Source: Bdellovibrionia bacterium (lineage in GTDB: Bacteria; Bdellovibrionota; UBA1018). From it: a stretch of DNA of 17,370 bases. Within the stretch, counting starts at the first letter, position 1. Every line of letters begins with the position of its first letter. The position numbers were made by a program, and so were the translations under genes. The notes beneath the pieces are model-generated. The model searched no databases and had not been told where the DNA came from. It saw only the letters and a list, made by a program, of their open reading frames with translations. The stretch covers positions 1-17,370 of the forward strand of contig JBMSSC010000051.1 of assembly GCA_049424145.1 (NCBI GenBank), in the 5' to 3' direction. Of this stretch, positions 8,475 through 16,054 are shown one piece after another.

Positions 8475-8518
8475 AAGGAGTTCATCGGGTAAAACCCAAG
8501 GATGGGCCTCTTTGCTTT
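8475..8518 (+). terminator. Possible intrinsic terminator after the small secreted ORF
   Basis: Imperfect hairpin AAGGAGTTCATC-GGGT/ACCC-GATGGGCCTCTT followed by TGCTTT and preceded by an A-run. Confidence 0.45.
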
Positions 8519-8588
8519 AGTCGCCTTCAGGCTTCTTTTGGTCCAATTTCTTGCCTAAGAATTGAGATTTTGTTATTCCAATCTTCAA

Positions 8589-9908
8589 ATGGCAAAGATC
8601 AAAAAAATTCAAGCAAGTGAAGTTTTAGACTCCCGAGGGTTTCCAACTGTTGAAGCGTGTCTCACGGTTGAAGACGCTCGACATCCAGGCGAGCTGCTTC
8701 AGGCTCGCGCTTTGGTTCCCTCTGGGGCATCAACTGGAGAGGGTGAAGCCCTGGAACTTCGTGATGCAGACCCGAAACGTTTCATGGGCAAAGGAGTTCT
8801 CAAAGCTGTAAGCCATATTGAAAGCCAAATTGCCCCTGCGTTGGAGGGGAAATCGGTAGAAAACCAAAAAGAATGGGATGACCTGCTCATTGAGCTGGAT
8901 GGGACCCCCAATAAATCGAGGCTTGGAGCCAATGCCATTTTAGCCGTCAGCATGGCCTTTGTTCGCGCCCGGGCTTTGACCCAAAACCGGCCAACGTTTC
9001 AGGTTCTAGCCCAAGACTACGGATCCTCTGGGATCACCTTGCCTGTTCCTCTGATGAACATCTTAAACGGGGGCAAGCATGCCGACAACGGACTAGCCGT
9101 CCAAGAGTTTATGATTGTGCCCGCAGGGTTTTCCCGCTTCTCCGATGCCTTACGCGCTGGAGTTGAGATCTTTCACTGTTTAAAAAAAATTCTTCATCAC
9201 AAGGGTCGATCGACCGCTGTTGGAGATGAGGGGGGATTTGCCCCAGTCTTCCCGGGCGAAAAACCACATGAACAGGCATTGGACTCGATCATGCAAGCCA
9301 TTGAAGCCTCAGGCTATCAACCTGGAAAGCAGATTTACCTTGCCTTAGATGCTGCTGCCAGTGAGTTTTATCAAAAGAATGCCTCTTACGCATTTGAAGG
9401 AAAAAACGTATCATCTAATGAGATGGCGTCCATTTACTCAGACTGGAGCACACGATACCCGATTCTCTCCATTGAAGATGGACTGGCCGAGCACGACTGG
9501 GCAGGCTGGAAGCACCTCACCGATCAGCTGGGGAAGAAATGCCAGCTTGTCGGAGACGACTTGTTTGTGACCAATCCGATTTTCTTAAAACAGGGAATTG
9601 AAAAACAAGTCGCCAATGCCATCTTAATTAAGCTGAACCAGATTGGATCCGTTTCAGAGACGCTTCAGACCATGCAAATGGCCAAGCAAGCAGGCTATCA
9701 CTCCATCGTATCGCACCGCAGTGGAGAGACCGAAGACACCTTTATTGCGGATCTTGCCGTTGCAACGGATTGCGCACAAATTAAAACGGGTTCCGCTTCG
9801 CGGACGGATCGAATTGCCAAGTACAATCAACTCTTAAGGCTGGAAAAGGAACTGGGGGAACGCGCTCAGTTTTTGGGATTAAAAACCTTTCAGAGGCTGA
9901 TCTCTTGA
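8589..9908 (+). CDS. eno: Enolase (phosphopyruvate hydratase)
   Basis: EVLDSRGFPTVEA, VPSGASTG, LGANAILAVS, NGGKHADN, VGDEGGFAP, LVGDDLFVTN, ILIKLNQIGS, SHRSGETED, QIKTGS. Start placed at ATG 8589 (MAKIKKI). Confidence 0.99.
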   Translation: MAKIKKIQASEVLDSRGFPTVEACLTVEDARHPGELLQARALVPSGASTGEGEALELRDADPKRFMGKGVLKAVSHIESQIAPALEGKSVENQKEWDDLLIELDGTPNKSRLGANAILAVSMAFVRARALTQNRPTFQVLAQDYGSSGITLPVPLMNILNGGKHADNGLAVQEFMIVPAGFSRFSDALRAGVEIFHCLKKILHHKGRSTAVGDEGGFAPVFPGEKPHEQALDSIMQAIEASGYQPGKQIYLALDAAASEFYQKNASYAFEGKNVSSNEMASIYSDWSTRYPILSIEDGLAEHDWAGWKHLTDQLGKKCQLVGDDLFVTNPIFLKQGIEKQVANAILIKLNQIGSVSETLQTMQMAKQAGYHSIVSHRSGETEDTFIADLAVATDCAQIKTGSASRTDRIAKYNQLLRLEKELGERAQFLGLKTFQRLIS

Positions 9909-10213
9909 ATCCCAGACTGAAGCACCCTCTTACGATTCACCAAAAGTGGTTGATTTTCTTTGGGATCTGGAGCCTCATTCTCTCAGGAGTGGGAAGTCGG
10001 TGGATTGGACCTCCGGGAGTCTGGCAAGCGTTGGAACTCCAGGGGCTCTTTAAACTCAGGGAGATGGACTTAAAAACGGCTGAGGCTCAGAAGCAGGCAC
10101 TGGAGCAGGAGATCTTGTTACTGGAGAAAAATCGCTTCGTTCAGGAAAGAGAGATTCGCCGGACGTTGGGCTACAGTGCCGCGGATGAACTCATCTTTGA
10201 ATTTACCGACTGA
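9905..10213 (+). CDS. ftsB: Septum formation initiator FtsB/DivIC family protein
   Basis: Single N-terminal TM helix, then G-x-x-G and a coiled coil, ending EREIRRTLGY...ELIFEF. The TTG start overlaps the eno stop; eno-ftsB adjacency is a well-known conserved arrangement. Confidence 0.82.
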   Translation: MNPRLKHPLTIHQKWLIFFGIWSLILSGVGSRWIGPPGVWQALELQGLFKLREMDLKTAEAQKQALEQEILLLEKNRFVQEREIRRTLGYSAADELIFEFTD

Positions 10214-10381
10214 GACTCACAACTCCTGAAGCCCGGGGGACTCTTAAGGTAATTTTTTTGTTTTTTTAAAACAACTGAGCCACTCCGATCGCCTGCCTTG
10301 GGCCCCATCCCTCGACTCAAGCGGCCCGTTTTTGACTCATCCCGATGCACAAAAAAATGACGCTAATTTTCTAACAGCGCT

Positions 10382-10410
10382 TTGACACGCCCCCGTTTTA
10401 CCGACACACT
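10382..10410 (+). promoter_or_regulatory. Putative sigma-70 promoter of the cold-shock gene
   Basis: TTGACA (10382-10387), 17-nt spacer, CACACT (10405-10410, keeping the conserved A2 and T6). Confidence 0.6.
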
Positions 10411-10512
10411 AGTAACGAGAGTTGCAAGGGAAGTAAGAAAGCCCCTCTGGATCTTCTCTCCCCACGGGTTGTGGGAAAGCCAGGGGCTATCCAAAAGGAG
10501 AAAATGGGCACT

Positions 10513-10716
10513 ATGGCCGCAGGCAAAGTCAAGTGGTTCAATGCAGAGAAAGGATTTGGCTTTATTGAAAGAAAAGACGGTGGGGAAATCTTTGTCCACT
10601 GGACTGCGATCCAAAAAGAAGGATACAAAACGCTCGTTTCAGGGCAAACCGTAGAATTTGATATTTACGAAGGAAACCAGGGACAGGAGGCGCAAAACGT
10701 CAAGCACATGGATTGA
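10513..10716 (+). CDS. Cold-shock protein (CspA family)
   Basis: [18 protein letters not shown] (RNP1) and IFVHWTAI (RNP2); 67 aa from ATG 10513. AAGGAG at 10495-10500; ATG 10504 is an alternative start. Confidence 0.97.
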   Translation: MAAGKVKWFNAEKGFGFIERKDGGEIFVHWTAIQKEGYKTLVSGQTVEFDIYEGNQGQEAQNVKHMD

Positions 10717-10792
10717 CACTCTCGCACCGCTCAGGCCCAACGGGCGATGGATCGGTAGGGATGCAAGCGGGGCCGAGTCATCGCGAGGAATT

Positions 10793-10817
10793 AAAAAGGG
10801 CTCCTCATTTGAGCCCT
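10793..10817 (-). terminator. Minus-strand-oriented intrinsic terminator-like hairpin
   Basis: AGGGCTC (10797-10803) / GAGCCCT (10811-10817) with an A-run on the left, i.e. a U-tract on the minus strand. Confidence 0.45.
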
Positions 10818-10914
10818 GAGCCGATCCAGAAACCTAAGAAAACTCCGCGTCTGAGTCAACGAGTTTAAACCCTGGATCAACACTCATGCTCTCTGAGGCC
10901 TAGGGCCATTCATC

Positions 10915-10947
10915 GCCCAGTCAAAGCGCATGTCCCTTTGACTGGGC
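10915..10947. other. Perfect 12-bp intergenic hairpin
   Basis: GCCCAGTCAAAG (10915-10926), 9-nt loop, CTTTGACTGGGC (10936-10947); extendable by CATC/GATG. Function unknown. Confidence 0.6.
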
Positions 10948-11127
10948 TGTTGATGCCCAAGGGCCGTCCCTGGATCAAAAAAAAGGTTAGAACTTCTCGT
11001 TTAAAAAACCTCATTTTTCCAAGGGGAAATGCAAGACTCACTTCCGAGGCTAAAAATAAGGCGGCTTAGAGCAAGGAGAGTCTAAAGTCTTCCCCTAATG
11101 AGTTGCCTCACCCAAGCGCAAAGATCC

Positions 11128-11162
11128 AAAACGAGGGAGGGACGACTCTCGTTTGCTCCCTC
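11128..11162 (-). terminator. Probable terminator of the 209-aa minus-strand gene
   Basis: On the minus strand GAGGGAG...CTCCCTC is followed by GTTTT, about 30 nt past the stop at 11192. Confidence 0.5.
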
Positions 11163-11191
11163 CCCAGTGAGTCAAACCAAAACGTAAGCTG

Positions 11192-11821
11192 CTACTTGAC
11201 TTCGACTTTTGAAATCCCAATGATTCGTCCAAATAACCAATTGCCCTGTAAAAACATCGTGGAAAAGGTAACAAAAGGTTCGACTTCTGCGGTCTGTAAC
11301 TGCCAGCTCTCATGATTGCGAAGAAGCGCTGTTTTAAAGGTTTTATAAGCACCCGTGATTCCATTATTCAGGTACACAAAATCCACCCCTCCTCCTTCCT
11401 GGGCGCTTAGAGCATGACTGGTGACATGAACGACGGAGTACTGCTTGTCTTTCACAAAATCCACACCCTCTGCAATCTGCTCCAAGCTAAAGCGTTGGCT
11501 CTGAGCGTGATCGCGAACCAAACGAAAACCCAAAAGTGAGAGATCCTGAGCCACCTCAGCCTCAACGTCCACAAAACCCGGCATCGCATCTGAAGTCACA
11601 CGAACCAAAGGGACGCTCTTTACTCCATCCTCCGCTCGTTGAAATGAGTCGGTTTCACCGTCCTCTACGGCCCATTGGTACTGCCTCGGATAAAACGAAG
11701 GAAGCAATCTCACCAAACGCCCCTCAGCGCGCGCCGGCGGAGAGTAAATAAGCCCTCCGAGCGCTAAAACTCCCATCAAAATAAAATGACAACCATCCTG
11801 GCTTTTACGTGAATGGACCAT
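11192..11821 (-). CDS. Secreted hypothetical protein
   Basis: AGGAGG 10 nt upstream of the ATG. Signal peptide ...FILMGVLALGGLIYSPPARA; beta-rich mature region (GGGVDFVYLNNGITGAYKTF...WQL...GRIIGISKVEVK). Confidence 0.82.
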   Translation of the reverse strand: MVHSRKSQDGCHFILMGVLALGGLIYSPPARAEGRLVRLLPSFYPRQYQWAVEDGETDSFQRAEDGVKSVPLVRVTSDAMPGFVDVEAEVAQDLSLLGFRLVRDHAQSQRFSLEQIAEGVDFVKDKQYSVVHVTSHALSAQEGGGVDFVYLNNGITGAYKTFKTALLRNHESWQLQTAEVEPFVTFSTMFLQGNWLFGRIIGISKVEVK

Positions 11822-12128
11822 CTGAATTTTCCCTCCTGGAAAAAGTGAAACAGCATAAAAAAAAGAATAAGATCTACGTCAAAAGCCCTCACGAAAGGAA
11901 GAGCACGCAGCGTTAAAACGCTCAACCGCCCGTAATTGCTTTGCAATCCACCTAGACTCAAGGCTGCCCATGACAAACCCATGAAAGATGGCCTTGCCCT
12001 TTCTCAATGCAAATCATGAGCACCTGATTCTTAGTTTATTCCTTATTTTTTAAATAAAAATGAGACAAAAAATCCTAACAAATAAATGCCTAGTCATTTG
12101 GAATTTGAGAGTCGATGAAGAGTGAAAT

Positions 12129-12159
12129 AGGCCAGACTGAACCCCGTTCAGCCTGGCCT
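12129..12159 (-). terminator. Strong hairpin downstream of typA, possible terminator
   Basis: Minus strand AGGCCAGGCTGAAC-GGG-GTTCAGTCTGGCCT forms a 14-bp stem with one G-U pair (a mismatch on the plus strand, so the minus strand is favoured), followed by ATTTC. Confidence 0.5.
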
Positions 12160-12385
12160 CAAACAAAAAAACTTAGACTCAGACCAAAAAAATCAATCTC
12201 CCCAACCCCTGCATAGCCTGAGCTGAGTGCCCGATGATCGCAAAAACCCACCGACCAGCATTTCACCTCACCGTACAAAGGCGCTCTCATCGTTGATGAA
12301 CGCTCACGAAGGTGCAACTAAAATACCAAACCAGGCAAAAGCCTCTGGGGCCTTGATTCTGAGTCTTTGATTCTCGCTCGAACGC

Positions 12386-14257
12386 TTAGGTGATGCGTTC
12401 GTGGCGCTTCACGCTTCTTAGGTTTTGAGAGAGGACTTTCTTTCTTAAACGAATGGACTTTGGAGTCACTTCAATCCACTCATCCTCATCAATCCACTCG
12501 ATGCAGTGTTCTAAGGACATGGTTCGAATCCCGGCTAAGGTCACTAAGACCTCAGCATGAGCTGCTCGGATGTTCGTGAGTTTTTTCTCACGACACGGAT
12601 TCACGTTCATGTCGTTTTCTTTATTGCTCTCGCCGATGATCATTCCTTCATAAACAGGAACGCCCGGAGCAACGAATAAAACACCCCGATCCTCAAGCCC
12701 CAACAAGCCATACTCTACGGTATCTCCCGTACGGTCAGAGATTAAAGCACCAGTCAATCGATGCGGCAGATCCCCTTTGTGAACGCCGTAGCCCAGAAGA
12801 ATTGTGCTGAATAAGCCTTCACCCCGAGTGAGCGTCAAGTAGCGAGAGCGCATCCCTAAGAGACCGCGAGTGGGAATATCAAACTCAAGTCTCACCCGGC
12901 TAGTTCCATGCCCAGATCCCCCCTCGTACTTCGAGAGAATTCCCTTGCGCGTTTGAAAGAGATTGGTCACATCACCCACAGCTGTCTCTGGCAAATCCAA
13001 GACCGCTCGCTCCATGGGTTCAAGCCTCTGACCATTTTCATCGGTCTTATACAGCACCGTAGGCTTACCCACCATGAACTCAAAGTTCTCCCGTCTCATC
13101 TGCTCAATGAGGATGGCAAACTGAAGCTCTCCTCGTCCGAGTACGCGAAACTGATCGTTCCAATCCGTCTCCTCTAAACGCAGAGCCACGTTTTGACGTA
13201 CTTCCTTAATCAAACGATCGCGAAGTTTGCGCGACTGGATGGCTTCGCCTTCTTTTCCTGACAAAGGCGAAGTATTGACCGAGAAAATCATTCCGAGAGT
13301 GGGCTTTTCGACGTAAATCCGAGGCAGTGCTTCATCAGTCTCAGAACCCACTAAGCTATCGCCGATCTCAACTTTTTCACTTCCGGCAAATACGCCAATC
13401 TCCCCTGCGGTGAGCTCATTAACCTCGACTTGCTTTAAACCCTCAAAGGTATACAGACGGGAGATCGTGAACGTCTCGCTCACGGGAGTCCCCTGCTCAT
13501 TCACGCCCTTGCGAATGATCTTTTGATTCTTCTTCACCGATCCTGAAAGCACACGACCGATGGCCAAGCGTCCCACATACTCGGAGTAAGAGAGGTTGGA
13601 AATGAGCGTCTGAAAACTGCCCTCATCTGACACTCGCGGTGCAGGAATGTCCCTTAAAATCTCATCAAATAACGGCTGAAGGGTCCCTTTTTTCTCACCC
13701 GAGAGGAAGCTTGCGATTTCCTGCTCGTTGGTGGTGCACCAGCCCTGCCGTGCACAGGCGTACACAATCGGAAAATCCGCCTGCTTTTCAGAGGCTCCCA
13801 GATCAATGAATAGATCAAACGCCTGATTGACGACCTCTTGAATCCGAGCGTCAGGGCGATCGACTTTATTGATCACTAAAATGACTTTCAGCCCCTGCTT
13901 CAGCGCCTTTTGGAGAACAAAGCGGGTCTGAGGAAGGGGGCCTTCGGCGGCGTCCACCAAAAGCAACGCGCCATCCACCATCCCCATGATGCGCTCCACT
14001 TCACCCCCGAAGTCGGCGTGGCCAGGAGTATCCACAATGTTGATCTTCGTATCGCCAACGCGCACGGAGGTGTTTTTGGCTAAAATCGTAATTCCGCGCT
14101 CCCGCTCCAAATCCATCGAGTCCATGACTCGATCGGAGACGGCCTGATGACTTTGGAACGTGCCTGCTTGTCGCAGCAAATAATCCACGAGGGTTGTTTT
14201 TCCGTGGTCGACATGTGCGATGATACAAATATTCCGTAACTTCTGGGACTGCTGCAT
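12386..14257 (-). CDS. typA: Translational GTPase TypA/BipA
   Basis: [83 protein letters not shown]. Start placed at ATG 14257; the longer track ORF overlaps pntB. Confidence 0.98.
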   Translation of the reverse strand: MQQSQKLRNICIIAHVDHGKTTLVDYLLRQAGTFQSHQAVSDRVMDSMDLERERGITILAKNTSVRVGDTKINIVDTPGHADFGGEVERIMGMVDGALLLVDAAEGPLPQTRFVLQKALKQGLKVILVINKVDRPDARIQEVVNQAFDLFIDLGASEKQADFPIVYACARQGWCTTNEQEIASFLSGEKKGTLQPLFDEILRDIPAPRVSDEGSFQTLISNLSYSEYVGRLAIGRVLSGSVKKNQKIIRKGVNEQGTPVSETFTISRLYTFEGLKQVEVNELTAGEIGVFAGSEKVEIGDSLVGSETDEALPRIYVEKPTLGMIFSVNTSPLSGKEGEAIQSRKLRDRLIKEVRQNVALRLEETDWNDQFRVLGRGELQFAILIEQMRRENFEFMVGKPTVLYKTDENGQRLEPMERAVLDLPETAVGDVTNLFQTRKGILSKYEGGSGHGTSRVRLEFDIPTRGLLGMRSRYLTLTRGEGLFSTILLGYGVHKGDLPHRLTGALISDRTGDTVEYGLLGLEDRGVLFVAPGVPVYEGMIIGESNKENDMNVNPCREKKLTNIRAAHAEVLVTLAGIRTMSLEHCIEWIDEDEWIEVTPKSIRLRKKVLSQNLRSVKRHERIT

Positions 14258-14292
14258 GCTTGAACTTCTTTCTAACTGACTTGAGTTGTAAT

Positions 14293-15678
14293 TTACGCTT
14301 CTTTCATGGCTGCAACAAGCGCTTCGCAGGTGGCTTTTGCATCTCCAAACACTAAAGAACAATTGGGATAATAAAACAAGTCATTATCCACTCCCGCATA
14401 GCCTGCTTTCATGGATCGCTTGCTCACATAAATTTGCTTTGCCTTATACACATCGAGAATCGGCATTCCATACAGCGGGCTGCTTCGATCACTCTTCGCC
14501 GCTGGATTGACCACGTCATTGGCACCCACGACTAAAGCCACATCGGTGGAGGAGAAATCACTGTTGATCTCATCCATTTCAAAGACGCAGTCATAGGGAA
14601 TATCGGATTCCGCCAAAAGAACGTTCATGTGCCCGGGCATTCTCCCTGCCACGGGATGAATGGCAAACTTCACTTCGACACCTTTTTCGGTGAGCATTTG
14701 ATAGAGCTCTTTAATGGCATGCTGGGCTTGAGCCACGGCCATTCCATAACCAGGGATAATGATCACCTTCGAGGCGTTCTCCAGCATGAAGGCCACATCT
14801 TCCGTCGATGCCGACTTCACGGATTTTCCAGTAGCGGACGCCCCGGCTCCTCCAGCTGACGCTTCTGCTCCGGCTCCTCCAAAGATCACGCTCCAAATCG
14901 AACGGTTCATTGCCTTACACATAATGTAAGAGAGGATCGCCCCACTGCTCCCCACCAAGGCACCGGTGGTGATCAAGAGAGGATTAGCCAGGATGAAACC
15001 CGTAGCTGAGGCCGCCCATCCTGAATAAGAATTCAGCATAGAGACCACCACGGGCATATCTGCCCCCCCAATCGGGAGAACCAGAAGAAAACCTAACGCC
15101 AAGGCAATGGCCGTCAATAACCCAAAAGAAACGAGACTCTCAGTCATCGTAAAATGGATACTGAAGGCGACCATCAAAAGAGCTAAGGCTAAATTCAAGG
15201 CGTGCTGACCTTTAAAAATCAAGGGATTTGACTTTAAGAGTTCTTGAAGTTTTCCAAAGGCCACCAGTGAGCCTGTGAATGTGATGGCACCAATGAAGCT
15301 ACCCACGGCAAGCTCAATCAACACCACGCTCGAGGTCTCCGCTCCCACGCCATGGGAGAAATAGGTTCCAAAAGCCACCAGAACGGCGGATAAACCGACA
15401 AAGCTATGGAGCGCTGCCACTAACTGAGGCATGGCTGTCATACTGATCTTTAGGGCCAGGCCGACACCCACCACCGCTCCTGCCGCTAACCCTGCAAGAA
15501 CCCAAACATAGTTTTTCATTTCAGGCTCAAGAAGGGTCACACCTACGGCAATGCCCATGCCGAGCATGGCGGATGCGTTTCCTTTGAGCGCTGTTTTCGG
15601 GGAACTGAGGCCTTTTAAACCGTAGATAAAAAGGATGGTTGCTACTAAGTAGGCTGCCGCAAAAAAGTCGGGATTCAT
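14293..15678 (-). CDS. pntB: NAD(P) transhydrogenase beta subunit
   Basis: MTAMPQLVAALHSFVGL, GGADMPVVVSMLNSYSGWA, PGYGMAVAQAQH, HPVAGRMPGHMNVLLAE, KRSM..GYAGVDN. Start at ATG 15678 with AGGTGA 5 nt upstream. Confidence 0.98.
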   Translation of the reverse strand: MNPDFFAAAYLVATILFIYGLKGLSSPKTALKGNASAMLGMGIAVGVTLLEPEMKNYVWVLAGLAAGAVVGVGLALKISMTAMPQLVAALHSFVGLSAVLVAFGTYFSHGVGAETSSVVLIELAVGSFIGAITFTGSLVAFGKLQELLKSNPLIFKGQHALNLALALLMVAFSIHFTMTESLVSFGLLTAIALALGFLLVLPIGGADMPVVVSMLNSYSGWAASATGFILANPLLITTGALVGSSGAILSYIMCKAMNRSIWSVIFGGAGAEASAGGAGASATGKSVKSASTEDVAFMLENASKVIIIPGYGMAVAQAQHAIKELYQMLTEKGVEVKFAIHPVAGRMPGHMNVLLAESDIPYDCVFEMDEINSDFSSTDVALVVGANDVVNPAAKSDRSSPLYGMPILDVYKAKQIYVSKRSMKAGYAGVDNDLFYYPNCSLVFGDAKATCEALVAAMKEA

Positions 15679-15706
15679 GTGTCTCACCTGTCTTGATAAT
15701 TAAACT

Positions 15707-15994
15707 TTATTTCTTCTTCTTAAACATGGAAAGCATTCGATTGGTCACCACAAACCCACCGAAGATATTAATCGACGCTAAAAATACGGCAAAAAAACCA
15801 ATCAGACCCACACCTAAGGAATGAGACGCGTCCGAGCCTGCCACTAAGATGGCTCCTACGACCACGATTGCACTAATCGCATTGGTCACCGCCATCAGCG
15901 GCGTGTGCAGCGCTGGAGTCACACCCCAAATCACGTGGTACCCCACGAAACAGGAGAGAACGAACACATAAATTCCAATCATCGTTGGTGACAT
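15707..15994 (-). CDS. pntAB: NAD(P) transhydrogenase alpha subunit part 2 (membrane part, PntAB)
   Basis: [17 protein letters not shown] and [20 protein letters not shown]. Start at ATG 15994 after a purine-rich AAGGA. Confidence 0.96.
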   Translation of the reverse strand: MSPTMIGIYVFVLSCFVGYHVIWGVTPALHTPLMAVTNAISAIVVVGAILVAGSDASHSLGVGLIGFFAVFLASINIFGGFVVTNRMLSMFKKKK

Positions 15995-16054
15995 AGCTTT
16001 CCTTTTCCTCTTCAAACTTCCTACGTTTTCTTCCTCGTTCGACCTGAACTTTGG

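Noticed and set aside
10363..10654. ORFs overlapping the csp gene and its promoter, and the 10471 upstream start
   Set aside because: The Csp frame explains the region, and the SD position supports a start at 10504 or 10513.
10742..10760. GGCGATGG resembling the start of a fluoride riboswitch
   Set aside because: The adjacent TTCGCC pairing strand is missing, and the site is 3' of a gene rather than in a leader.
11878..11912. GAAA...ACGCA pattern reminiscent of a c-di-GMP-I riboswitch (also GCAAAAGCCTC near 12335)
   Set aside because: The stems do not pair properly, the GCAAA/P3 context is absent, and the orientation is opposite to the neighbouring genes.
12521..12532. GGTTCGAATCCC, a tRNA T-loop-like string
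   Set aside because: It lies inside typA, the T-stem does not pair, and there is no cloverleaf.
14258..14362. N-terminal extension of TypA in the ORF track
   Set aside because: It overlaps pntB; homology begins at [10 protein letters not shown].
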